Source: a virus
Reading direction: 5' to 3' (one strand)
Virus record (IMG/VR): IMGVR_UViG_3300045988_091501
Location: 46,226 to 110,225 of that record
Length of the DNA stretch: 64,000 nt
Shown one piece after another: positions 53,752 through 62,159 of the stretch (the stretch's first letter is position 1; every line of letters starts with the position of its first letter). The notes beneath the pieces are model-generated. The model did not search any database and was not told where the DNA came from. It saw only the letters and a list, made by a program, of their open reading frames with translations. A program made the translations under genes and the position numbers.

Positions 53752-54879
53752 TTAACATACAATTTCTCTCCTTTCAAACAACTTTTCCCATACTTCTTTG
53801 CCTTGGTCAACTGGTGAATCTTTATACCCTAAGAATCTATCTTCATCATTATCCCATACAACTCCTATTTCTTGAGCATATGGTCTAATCATATCAATGA
53901 TTCTATCAACCTTTTCACGATACTTTAAGAACTCTTTAGTATATTTCCCGTCTATCATAACATTTTCATACTGTCTATCTAACGCTATAATAAACTTATT
54001 GACACCATACTTTAACAACAACTTTAACTTAGCTTTTTGTAAGTTCATACCAAACATGGCAACTGATATATTATAGTCATAAAATCCGTCTATATGAATA
54101 ACTGATTTAGGAGCCTCAAACAATATAGCTGTTCTAGTTCGTTCAATATCAGTTTTGTTCATATTTAATCCGTATAGAACAAGACCCATTTGAAACTTAT
54201 ATTCAGTTCCGTCTAGTAATTTAAGTGGTATATACTTTAAACCTAGATTTACTAAATCAGGATTTGTGTTTCTGCAATGTGTTCCCACAAAATTACCTTC
54301 ATCATCGAATATAGGTATAACCACTTGTTGATTATAATTATACCATCTTATATCAAATTTGTCAAGTGTGTCTTTTGTCATTCCTTCTTTTAGCCACGGT
54401 TCATAATAACATGGTGTAAGATAATTCAAAATTGACTTATCATAAATTTGATTTTTTACATTAGAATAGTTCTTAGTATATTTCAATAAGGTGTTTTGCC
54501 ATTTATATATATTAGTATTTACTTGCTTAACTTCTTCTGTAAAGTCAAATGGAATGTTTAATTGCTCACATATCCATTTCATAGCAGACCATGTTGAACA
54601 TTTACCATCTATAAGTTCTTTATGTTTTTTTACAAGGCTTAATAATGAATAGGAACAGTTACAACCACTAAAGCAATAGAATGAACGTGTTTCTTGGTTA
54701 AAAGCAAGGTTATAACCGCCATCAGAAGGGTTAGCATTATGACAGCAAGTTTGAAATCTATTCATTCTTCTGTGTGTATTAAGTCTATTCATTATAACAT
54801 AATAATCATCAATAGACATTTGTTCATATAAGACTTTATTTATAAATTCTTTGAACTGTTCGTACTGTTGTTCTGTCAT
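53752..54879 (-). CDS. DNA primase (zinc finger + Toprim-like)
   Basis: CCHNANPSDGGYNLAF..FYCFSGCNCS zinc finger. LFEAPKSV and IIALDRQ acidic motifs. ATG at 54879 lies 9 nt after AAAGAGG. Confidence 0.55.
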   Translation of the reverse strand: MTEQQYEQFKEFINKVLYEQMSIDDYYVIMNRLNTHRRMNRFQTCCHNANPSDGGYNLAFNQETRSFYCFSGCNCSYSLLSLVKKHKELIDGKCSTWSAMKWICEQLNIPFDFTEEVKQVNTNIYKWQNTLLKYTKNYSNVKNQIYDKSILNYLTPCYYEPWLKEGMTKDTLDKFDIRWYNYNQQVVIPIFDDEGNFVGTHCRNTNPDLVNLGLKYIPLKLLDGTEYKFQMGLVLYGLNMNKTDIERTRTAILFEAPKSVIHIDGFYDYNISVAMFGMNLQKAKLKLLLKYGVNKFIIALDRQYENVMIDGKYTKEFLKYREKVDRIIDMIRPYAQEIGVVWDNDEDRFLGYKDSPVDQGKEVWEKLFERREIVC

Positions 54880-54901
54880 AATCATCAACCTCTTTAACCT
54901 A

Positions 54902-54930
54902 ATTATAACATAAAATAGTCATTTTGTCAA
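54902..54930 (-). promoter_or_regulatory. consensus sigma-A promoter
   Basis: TTGACA-17-TGTTATAAT. Confidence 0.75.
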
Positions 54931-54946
54931 TGCCTATTTTATCTAT

Positions 54947-56029
54947 TTAATTATTCTCCTTCTGTTCTACATTGAATATATAATCATCCCAATACAAATC
55001 ATCTATATCTTTACTTGCCTTCTCAAACGGCACTTTATATTCTGTAATTAGATATGACCTTAATTCTCCCATATCAGAAAATTCTTTTCTTTCTATTTCT
55101 CTTGTGTTATATCCATCATCATAATCTTCTTCTACAACAAGGGTAAGGATATTAGATGTCATACCAATCAACTTTAAAATTTCTTTAGCATTTGAATCAT
55201 CTGTCATTTCGGACAAAAGAGGTTTGATGAACTGATTTTTCTTAATCTCGTTGATTGTTTTATCATTACCAACTACAGAATTGATTACTTCTAATGCAAA
55301 ATCAGACCATTTCAGTCTCAATAATCTTTCAATAAATCGTCCTAAATATGAATTTGGCGTATCGTTTAGCTGAACAATTTCAGAATTAATTAACTCTCTT
55401 GCATAATCATGCGCTTTCTTTAAGTCATAGAAGTTTGTCACTCTTGCAGGTTCAAATGAATATCCAGTATCAAAAGGATGAATCATATCACATAAGTAAT
55501 GTTTACTCTTAGTCATTTTATTAAGCTTATCTAATATTTCAAATGCCTTTTCTTTGTAGCCAGAATTACCTAATGTACCATTGTAAAATATTTTGTCCTC
55601 TAAATTGAAATAGTCGTAATGTTTTACAATGTTCTCAAGCAATTCATCAGCAGTTTTAATTTCTTTCTCTACTCGAAACTCTGATACATAATATTTACAA
55701 TATGCGTCCTGTTCACTCTGTAGTGGCTCTATGTAAAATATTCTGTTTTGTTCAGTAATACCATTAAATAACATTCTGACTGCGAACTCATCTGTGCAAT
55801 TAGTCTTGATTTTATTGTTGTATAGGTTCACATGACCAGATTCAAGTGCGGTAATACACTTCTCATATTTCTCCATGTCTTCTCTATATTTTTTATTCTG
55901 TTCAGTCGTAACCTTTTTATTACCATTCTCAGGTGTTGGCTTATTTGGTTTCGACATTATGATATATTTACAACTTGATGAAAAATTACTTGCATTCCTT
56001 TTCTCTAAAGGAAAATGATAATATCCCAA
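54947..56029 (-). CDS. hypothetical protein
   Basis: 360 aa. TTG start 7 nt after AAAGGAG. Confidence 0.6.
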   Translation of the reverse strand: MGYYHFPLEKRNASNFSSSCKYIIMSKPNKPTPENGNKKVTTEQNKKYREDMEKYEKCITALESGHVNLYNNKIKTNCTDEFAVRMLFNGITEQNRIFYIEPLQSEQDAYCKYYVSEFRVEKEIKTADELLENIVKHYDYFNLEDKIFYNGTLGNSGYKEKAFEILDKLNKMTKSKHYLCDMIHPFDTGYSFEPARVTNFYDLKKAHDYARELINSEIVQLNDTPNSYLGRFIERLLRLKWSDFALEVINSVVGNDKTINEIKKNQFIKPLLSEMTDDSNAKEILKLIGMTSNILTLVVEEDYDDGYNTREIERKEFSDMGELRSYLITEYKVPFEKASKDIDDLYWDDYIFNVEQKENN

Positions 56030-56050
56030 TGTTTGTCTCCTTTCTTATAT

Positions 56051-56486
56051 TTATCTATTTTTTAACATCATAATTTTTCGTTCAATTTCACTAAGATGCT
56101 CTGTAATTTCTTCCTCATCATCCGTAGAAAATTCAGACCAACCATCTAAATTTTTTTCAATATCTTCTATTAGTTCTTTTTCTAAATCTTCAACATTAAC
56201 TTCTGAAAAATCATGCAATATTGGTTTAACTTTTTCTTCTATAATAAAAAACTGAATATGGAGTAATTACCAATGTAAACTCTTCTCCTTCTTCATTGAA
56301 CCATGCCATACCATATCCATTTACACGATAAGAAATAAAAGCATCTAATAAATCATTTGATACATCTGTCAAATAGCTTTGACTACCATAAAAATCACCT
56401 AATTTAAAATTACATCAACCATATTTAGGATTGCTAATCATATTTTTAACCTCCTTATCAAGCCAACCACAATCAAAACATTTCAT
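56051..56486 (-). pseudogene. disrupted gene: in-frame TGA plus a +1 frameshift in a T6 run
   Basis: AGGAGAG RBS and ATG at 56486. TGA at 56415-56417. The frame changes between 56230 and 56270 (cagttttttatt). The C-terminal part ends at 56051. Confidence 0.55.
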
Positions 56487-56495
56487 AATACTCTC

Positions 56496-57065
56496 CTATG
56501 CACTAAAACACTTATCCATGATATAATTAGTATTATCTTTATTATATAAATCTTTACAAGCCTTTATAAATTTATGAATTGATTCACCATAATCAGATAA
56601 GTCAACATTTAATACCTTTAATATTGTTTCATCATCTAATTCTTCTGTTCTATACTTGCTTGTTGGACTACCTTGACCATCCCTATTGCAGAACCCTTTA
56701 ACTTTACTACTCAATCGTAAAATAGTTAAACCATGTAATCCATACATTTCATGTAGAATAATAATATAAGTTTTTCCACGATATTTTACATTAATGTTGC
56801 CATGTAATACAGTTCCATTTTCAGAAATATATACTTCACCGATTAAAGTGTTATATAAATCATAAATTCCATTTTGAGAATAAACATAGGCATTTACAGA
56901 TTCAATATTAGCCAATGTCCCAGTCAATGTATGAAAATATTCATATTCCTTTTCATCGTAATGGATTAAAGGCGTATCTCCATAATAAACTTCACCAATA
57001 TCATGTTTTTCATCATTCCAAAATGTGCAATATTTTTCTTTTAATTCATCGTTAGACAATCTCAT
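56496..57065 (-). CDS. hypothetical protein
   Basis: 189-aa ORF with AAAGGAG RBS. Confidence 0.7.
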   Translation of the reverse strand: MRLSNDELKEKYCTFWNDEKHDIGEVYYGDTPLIHYDEKEYEYFHTLTGTLANIESVNAYVYSQNGIYDLYNTLIGEVYISENGTVLHGNINVKYRGKTYIIILHEMYGLHGLTILRLSSKVKGFCNRDGQGSPTSKYRTEELDDETILKVLNVDLSDYGESIHKFIKACKDLYNKDNTNYIMDKCFSA

Positions 57066-57093
57066 AATTTATCTCCTTTGATTTGATAAGACT

Positions 57094-57122
57094 ATTATAT
57101 CACAAAAAGGAGTCTTTGTCAA
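57094..57122 (-). promoter_or_regulatory. consensus sigma-A promoter
   Basis: TTGACA-17-TGATATAAT. Confidence 0.75.
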
Positions 57123-57131
57123 CTCCTTTTT
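57104..57131 (-). terminator. SD-like/anti-SD terminator hairpin with the -35 hexamer in its loop
   Basis: AAAAAGGAGU-UGACAAAG-ACUCCUUUUU, a 10-bp perfect stem. Confidence 0.7.
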
Positions 57132-57705
57132 ACCACTGGTACATTACTAATCCATTCCAACCTTTTTGCCATTCACGCTCTTTGCCATCATAATATTCCC
57201 TCATCTGTACTTTATAGTCAGCATTACAATCAATTAAATTTTGTGTACTATCATCAATAAATAAAGAATACTCATCAATATTATTCATATTGATAAAACC
57301 TTTACTTACATTCAACGGCAATGCAATCATCTGAATGTCTTTAAACCCTCTATCGTCAAACCACTTTCTTTTAAGCGCATAATTTTCAATATTTGCTTTA
57401 GTCACAAGAATAATCTTATCCCTATATCTATCCATAAATTCTAAAGATCCGTCAATAGGTTTGACAATCTTAAAAAATAACCCATTGTTAAATATACTTT
57501 CAACTTCTTCACTTGTCATTCCACGATAGCAACACTGAAAATTCCAACTTGTTACATCTGAACCATCAAAATTGCCACCATAGCGTTCATTCAGAATATC
57601 AATCATAGCTTGGCAAGAATGAAAAATTACTCCATCTATGTCAAGAAATATTTTATCAATTTCATTATCTGTAATAAAACTGTCAATATCTTTAATTACT
57701 CTCAT
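57130..57705 (-). CDS. HAD-family 5'(3')-deoxyribonucleotidase-like protein
   Basis: IFLDIDGVIF (DxDxV motif I). Size and layout resemble NT5C-type phage nucleotidases. Confidence 0.5.
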   Translation of the reverse strand: MRVIKDIDSFITDNEIDKIFLDIDGVIFHSCQAMIDILNERYGGNFDGSDVTSWNFQCCYRGMTSEEVESIFNNGLFFKIVKPIDGSLEFMDRYRDKIILVTKANIENYALKRKWFDDRGFKDIQMIALPLNVSKGFINMNNIDEYSLFIDDSTQNLIDCNADYKVQMREYYDGKEREWQKGWNGLVMYQW

Positions 57706-58057
57706 TATTGTTCTCCTTTTCCTTAATTGTATAAATCAATCCATCTTGGTCAATTATTTCATATTTATTATTGAACTCAACAAAATTTACTTCATCTGAA
57801 ATTGTTACTTTATATGTATATTCCTTTGCTAACATACTGTATATTCCCTCTACACAAGAAAGAATAGCTACGAGCATACCAGCAACGGTAACAATTATAG
57901 TTCCAACTGTATAATAATTATCTTTTTTTGTAGTCAACAATCCCCATCCAAAAATACAAATTCCAATAATTGCATATATAAACCATGCAATATATTCTAT
58001 TGTTCTACTTTGGCTTAATACTGTAAAATACACCCTCCACAACTTCCATACCGCCAA
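57692..58057 (-). CDS. membrane protein
   Basis: Two or three TM segments. The start is uncertain (TTG, no clear RBS, overlaps the upstream gene). Confidence 0.45.
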   Translation of the reverse strand: MAVWKLWRVYFTVLSQSRTIEYIAWFIYAIIGICIFGWGLLTTKKDNYYTVGTIIVTVAGMLVAILSCVEGIYSMLAKEYTYKVTISDEVNFVEFNNKYEIIDQDGLIYTIKEKENNNESN

Positions 58058-58359
58058 TCATTTAATTGAAAAGCATAATAAATATCTTCTTGTTCACATT
58101 TATCTGTTGTAATTCTATCTAACCATTCTTTATTTTCTTTAATCCAGTCTTCACATTTAAGTCCGTCTTGGTAATTATCACATTTTACTTCCCAATCAAT
58201 TCCAAACCGCCAACTTGAATAAATATCCTTTGTATTCATAGGCTCATTTCTCAAATCTTTTGGAATCTTATCAGACACATTTTTCCCGTCAATCAATAAT
58301 GTCCATTCACCTCTACACAAATTAGGATATCTACCACTCCATTTTGCTTCTACTTTCAT
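58015..58359 (-). CDS. hypothetical protein
   Basis: 114-aa ORF with AAGGAGG RBS. Confidence 0.65.
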   Translation of the reverse strand: MKVEAKWSGRYPNLCRGEWTLLIDGKNVSDKIPKDLRNEPMNTKDIYSSWRFGIDWEVKCDNYQDGLKCEDWIKENKEWLDRITTDKCEQEDIYYAFQLNDWRYGSCGGCILQY

Positions 58360-58360
58360 T

Positions 58361-59236
58361 TCAACATACCTCCTTCATAAATCCTTCAATCTTTTCACTA
58401 TCAGCCTTATAATAATGCTCTAATGTTACATCGGGTTTCTTATGACCCATACTACTTGCTACTGCTAAAATCGGCACTTCTAAATCGTTCAGACAATAGC
58501 TTGCATAACTCGCTCTAAGACAATGATTACTTAATTTTGCAATCTTCTCATCATCAAATCCAGCTCTTTTAGCCAAGCATTTCCATGTTCTTGAACAACT
58601 CTGCTTATCCATTTTAGTACCTTGATTACTAACAAACAAATATACACAACCATCTTTTCTCATATCGGCAATATATTTATCAATAACCTTGCAAGTATTT
58701 TCACTTAAATATACTGTCCTCGGTTTCATACCTTTTGTAATGGCTAAGTCAATAGCATTATTACTATCTCTGTTCAAATACATATCAAGTGTTACATTGC
58801 TAATTTCACAAAATCTTACACCAGTATTGAACATAAACATTAGCATAGCTTTCTCACGAACGTTCTTTGCATTATGAATTAAAGCCATTACTTCATCTTT
58901 AACTAATACCATATGATGTTCTTGTTCTTCCTTACGTTTAGGCAATTTAATACCAATCATAGGATTAACCATATCAATCAACTGTAACTCATCAAGAATG
59001 ATATTATAAAAAGAACTTAAACTTCTAACCATAATCTCAAGTGTAGAATAAGCATGACCATCTTTATATTTCATAAGATACATATTAACATCAGCTTTCT
59101 TAATATCTTCTACATTTTTATTGACAGTATTGAAAAACTTAGTTACGTTTTCAATATATGTGTGAATAGAGTTTGCCGATAAATCAATATATTCTGCATA
59201 TTCTGTATAAGATTTGATATAATCATTTAAGCTCAT
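58361..59236 (-). CDS. tyrosine recombinase / integrase
   Basis: TGVRFCEI (Arg), HCLRASYASY (HxxR), GHKKPDVTLEHYY (catalytic Tyr). Confidence 0.75.
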   Translation of the reverse strand: MSLNDYIKSYTEYAEYIDLSANSIHTYIENVTKFFNTVNKNVEDIKKADVNMYLMKYKDGHAYSTLEIMVRSLSSFYNIILDELQLIDMVNPMIGIKLPKRKEEQEHHMVLVKDEVMALIHNAKNVREKAMLMFMFNTGVRFCEISNVTLDMYLNRDSNNAIDLAITKGMKPRTVYLSENTCKVIDKYIADMRKDGCVYLFVSNQGTKMDKQSCSRTWKCLAKRAGFDDEKIAKLSNHCLRASYASYCLNDLEVPILAVASSMGHKKPDVTLEHYYKADSEKIEGFMKEVC

Positions 59237-59267
59237 AATTGTTACCTACCTTTCATTTGATAAGGTA

Positions 59268-59296
59268 ATTATAACATAGATAGTTGAGTTTGTCAA
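59268..59296 (-). promoter_or_regulatory. consensus sigma-A promoter
   Basis: TTGACA-17-TGTTATAAT, upstream of the recombinase. Confidence 0.75.
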
Positions 59297-59392
59297 CCAT
59301 TAAATTTAAAAAGTTTCTCTTTCTATATCGTAACCTATGTATTTACCCTTCATGATATTATTCTCCGATTCAAAATTATATATATTTATTAT

Positions 59393-59650
59393 TTATGTCT
59401 TAATTTTATATACCCTAATTGGTTGCCCTTTGCTTTTATCACTTTCTTGTGGGTAATATGTATTACCAATCCATTCAAATTTTAAATATACTAATTCAAA
59501 ATCATTTTTTTCAATACTGCATTTTTTAGGTAATTCATGAAAATTTTTACTAAGGTTAAAACAAGCCTCTACATCATTATCCTTATACCAATTCATATTT
59601 ATCAAAAATTGTGTTTTATCATTACTGATACCGCTATAAAAGTTTCTCAT
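59393..59650 (-). CDS. hypothetical protein
   Basis: 85-aa ORF with GGAGG RBS. Confidence 0.6.
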   Translation of the reverse strand: MRNFYSGISNDKTQFLINMNWYKDNDVEACFNLSKNFHELPKKCSIEKNDFELVYLKFEWIGNTYYPQESDKSKGQPIRVYKIKT

Positions 59651-59738
59651 TCATACCTCCAAAAGAAAATCTAAATTGTTGTCATTTTTAATTTTATCAT
59701 AAACTTCTTTTCTTCTGTTCGATTGAAAACTCATTTTC

Positions 59739-60053
59739 CTAATTTTTATATTTGTCTAACCAACCCATTTGCCAACATCTAAATAAAAAACTATCTAATA
59801 CTTTCATTTCTTCATTGTTAGTTTCAATATTAGTTTTTTCTAAAATATCTTCTTTTGCTTTTTCAATGGTATCAAATCTATTATCTGAGCATCTTTCTCT
59901 ATGTTTATTAGCATATTCAAACGCTCTTAATTCATCTTTACCAAGCCATTTCACCCATGCTCCGCAGTCATTACAGTAAAGACTTGTATTATTACCTTTC
60001 ACTTCTGTATGCAAATCAATACTTCCGCATTTCTTACAACAATTCTGATACAT
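59739..60053 (-). CDS. zinc-ribbon protein
   Basis: CKKCGS..CNDCG. Confidence 0.6.
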   Translation of the reverse strand: MYQNCCKKCGSIDLHTEVKGNNTSLYCNDCGAWVKWLGKDELRAFEYANKHRERCSDNRFDTIEKAKEDILEKTNIETNNEEMKVLDSFLFRCWQMGWLDKYKN

Positions 60054-60071
60054 AATTTTTCCTCCAATATA

Positions 60072-60332
60072 TTATTCTCCGTCATATAATTTCACTGTTC
60101 CATCTGAATTGTAGATAGGTGTCATACTATCACCCTGAATCCAGTAATATAAAACATTAGTATTTTTATCTACTAAAATTGCTCCATAAAAATTTGTGTC
60201 GACAACCTCAAAATCACATAACTTTGAATTTGGGCTCTTAATTTTCTCATCAATATTGATAACATTGGTACATCCAGTCATTCCAAAACACAATGTTAAT
60301 CCTAATACAACTGCTAAAATTTTCTTCTTCAT
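60072..60332 (-). CDS. small secreted lipoprotein (candidate superinfection-exclusion factor)
   Basis: MKKKILAVVLGLTLCFGMTGC signal peptide with a lipobox-like Cys. Has its own promoter. Confidence 0.55.
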   Translation of the reverse strand: MKKKILAVVLGLTLCFGMTGCTNVINIDEKIKSPNSKLCDFEVVDTNFYGAILVDKNTNVLYYWIQGDSMTPIYNSDGTVKLYDGE

Positions 60333-60361
60333 ATGATTTATTTCTCCTTTCGTTTGTATGT

Positions 60362-60390
60362 ATTATATCATAATTCTTACGCTTTGTCAA
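60362..60390 (-). promoter_or_regulatory. consensus sigma-A promoter
   Basis: TTGACA-17-TGATATAAT. The -35 contains the TGA stop of 60387-60566. Confidence 0.75.
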
Positions 60391-60566
60391 TCCACATAAT
60401 CGGTCAATTCTGCACCACAGCACATACATTTTACAGTTTGACATTCAATAATGCCACTTGGTAAAAACTTCCATACAAATTGTTCTCCTGCTGTTGCATG
60501 AGTAAAACATTTCTTTCTATGATTTTCTACCCATTTGTCTAATTTTTGACTTGTTTCAAATACCAT
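60387..60566 (-). CDS. 59-aa Cys-rich protein, absent from the ORF track
   Basis: AAAAGGAG RBS. MVFETSQKLDKWVENHRKKCFTH...CQTVKCMCCGAEL. Verified codon by codon. Confidence 0.55.
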   Translation of the reverse strand: MVFETSQKLDKWVENHRKKCFTHATAGEQFVWKFLPSGIIECQTVKCMCCGAELTDYVD

Positions 60567-60568
60567 TT

Positions 60569-61151
60569 TTATTTCTCCTTTTTCAATATTCTTTTAACTT
60601 GTTTTTTAACCAAATCCATATTCAAATTTGCATAGCTATTATCAATTAGTAAATCCCAAGGTCTGTTAGCTTCAAATTCTGTGAATTGTTCATCTTCTGC
60701 TTTGTTCCTATCTTCCCATGCAATCTTAAAATCAGAACGTGTTGATGCTCTTGCTCTACGAATGTACTCATCACAATAAATGTAGATAATTTTAAGATTG
60801 ATTTGGTCTTTGAAATGCTCTTGTAAATACTTGATTCCATCATAATCAATCACATATATACAATTATCTTCAATATCCTCTAACGTAGCACAATATTCAT
60901 ACTCACCTATTTTAGTATAAGCTATTACAGTCTGATTGTCAAGTATATTTTGAAATTCTTCTTTTGAATCAAACCAATGCTCAACCCCATTAGTTTCATT
61001 TGACCGCATAGGGCGCGTTGTATGTGATACTATTAATGGATGGTCTAAGATTGTTGATAATCGTTTTGCAATATAGTCTTTACCCACTAGATGTACGCCC
61101 ACAAATAGCAATAATATTTTTCTTTTTAATAATTTCGTTTCTTAAATCCAT
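60569..61151 (-). pseudogene. guanylate-kinase-like (d)NMP kinase split by a +1 frameshift in the P-loop
   Basis: Frame A reads MDLRNEIIKKKNIIAICGRTSSG-TAA. Frame B reads GKDYIAKRL...SHTTRPMRSNETNGVEHWF. Together they restore GRTSSGKD. The lesion is at agtGGGtaaag. Confidence 0.6.
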
Positions 61152-61155
61152 ATTT

Positions 61156-61677
61156 TTAATCATCAACTTCTACCTCCCATTTATATAACGCTTCATAAAC
61201 ATTATCTTTTATTTGACCTTTGTATTTATCAGCTACTTTTTTAATATACATTTCTTTATATTGTTTATATGCTTCAAACGCTTCTTTTGGTGTATTAAAT
61301 ACTCCTAAATGCTTTTGTTGTTTTTTATCTCTCCCAATTTTTTCACTGCATTGAGCAATATACTTATTTAACTTCTTTTTATAATAAACACCAATAGGAT
61401 ACAGTCCTCTATTTTTATTTGTTTTTGTAAATAACACATTTATTTCATTTGGCACAAAACAACAAGTATCTGGACTATATATTTTATTCCCTTTAACAAG
61501 AATATCTTTATCTAAACATACTCTTTCATTTTTGTCTTTTAATTCTATAAAATTTTCGTTATCAAATTCTACTACTATTTTATTAGAATTTTTGTATTCA
61601 ACAATAGTCATTTTGCAATCTTGTCTATTGATTTTAGATTGTCCTATTCTATCGTATCCTTTAAAATTCTTATTCAT
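61156..61677 (-). CDS. truncated homing-endonuclease-like paralog
   Basis: CLDKDILVKGNKIYSP..FVPNEIN..LGVFNTPKEAFEAYKQYKE matches 51334-52248 but lacks its central module. Confidence 0.5.
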   Translation of the reverse strand: MNKNFKGYDRIGQSKINRQDCKMTIVEYKNSNKIVVEFDNENFIELKDKNERVCLDKDILVKGNKIYSPDTCCFVPNEINVLFTKTNKNRGLYPIGVYYKKKLNKYIAQCSEKIGRDKKQQKHLGVFNTPKEAFEAYKQYKEMYIKKVADKYKGQIKDNVYEALYKWEVEVDD

Positions 61678-61855
61678 TTTCATTCTCCTTATATCTCTTA
61701 ATTATAATACTGTCTCCATCAATAAAAAATTCAAATGGAACACCCCAAGAGTTCCATTCTCCAAGACCAAACACTTGTTTTCTTATTTCTTTTGGAATTT
61801 GAATCCTTCCTAAATCATCTATTCTTCTTATAAGACCAGTTGCTTTCATTTTCAT
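61670..61855 (-). CDS. AbrB/SpoVT-family DNA-binding protein
   Basis: IRRIDDLGRIQIPKEIRKQV is a typical SpoVT-AbrB swapped-hairpin motif. 61 aa. Confidence 0.6.
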   Translation of the reverse strand: MKMKATGLIRRIDDLGRIQIPKEIRKQVFGLGEWNSWGVPFEFFIDGDSIIIKRYKENENE

Positions 61856-61871
61856 CTCTCCTTTCTATTCC

Positions 61872-62090
61872 TTACACAACCCTAATAACATATTTTTTTC
61901 CAGTGGTATTACATTTTGGACACGTTTCAATTCCATTTACATGATTTTCAGCCAACCATGCAGCGCCACATTTCTTACATCGCATTTTGGTTGACCATCC
62001 GCCATTCTTTTCACTATCAATAGTTCCATAATCAACAAATCCAACTACCGCATCATAATCAATCACTCTAATTTCCATTAGTCTCTCCAT
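61872..62090 (-). CDS. zinc-ribbon protein
   Basis: CKKCGA..CPKCN. Start is ambiguous (62090 or 62078). Confidence 0.55.
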   Translation of the reverse strand: MERLMEIRVIDYDAVVGFVDYGTIDSEKNGGWSTKMRCKKCGAAWLAENHVNGIETCPKCNTTGKKYVIRVV

Positions 62091-62159
62091 TTGAAATTGC
62101 TATTTATTTTGTATTGCTAAATATTAAAAACACCATTTTATATTTTATAATATAATATG

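Noticed and set aside
59651-59733. Small ORF between 59739-60053 and 59393-59650.
   Set aside because: Careful re-translation gives only 20 codons (MSFQSNRRKEVMIKLKMTTI) with a poor RBS. My first reading was a frame error.
60250-60444. 64-aa track ORF overlapping the lipoprotein promoter. The same applies to 16375-16608, 28392-28580, 32905-33108 and 60646-60849.
   Set aside because: They are alternative frames of better-supported genes or cross regulatory elements, and they have no RBS.
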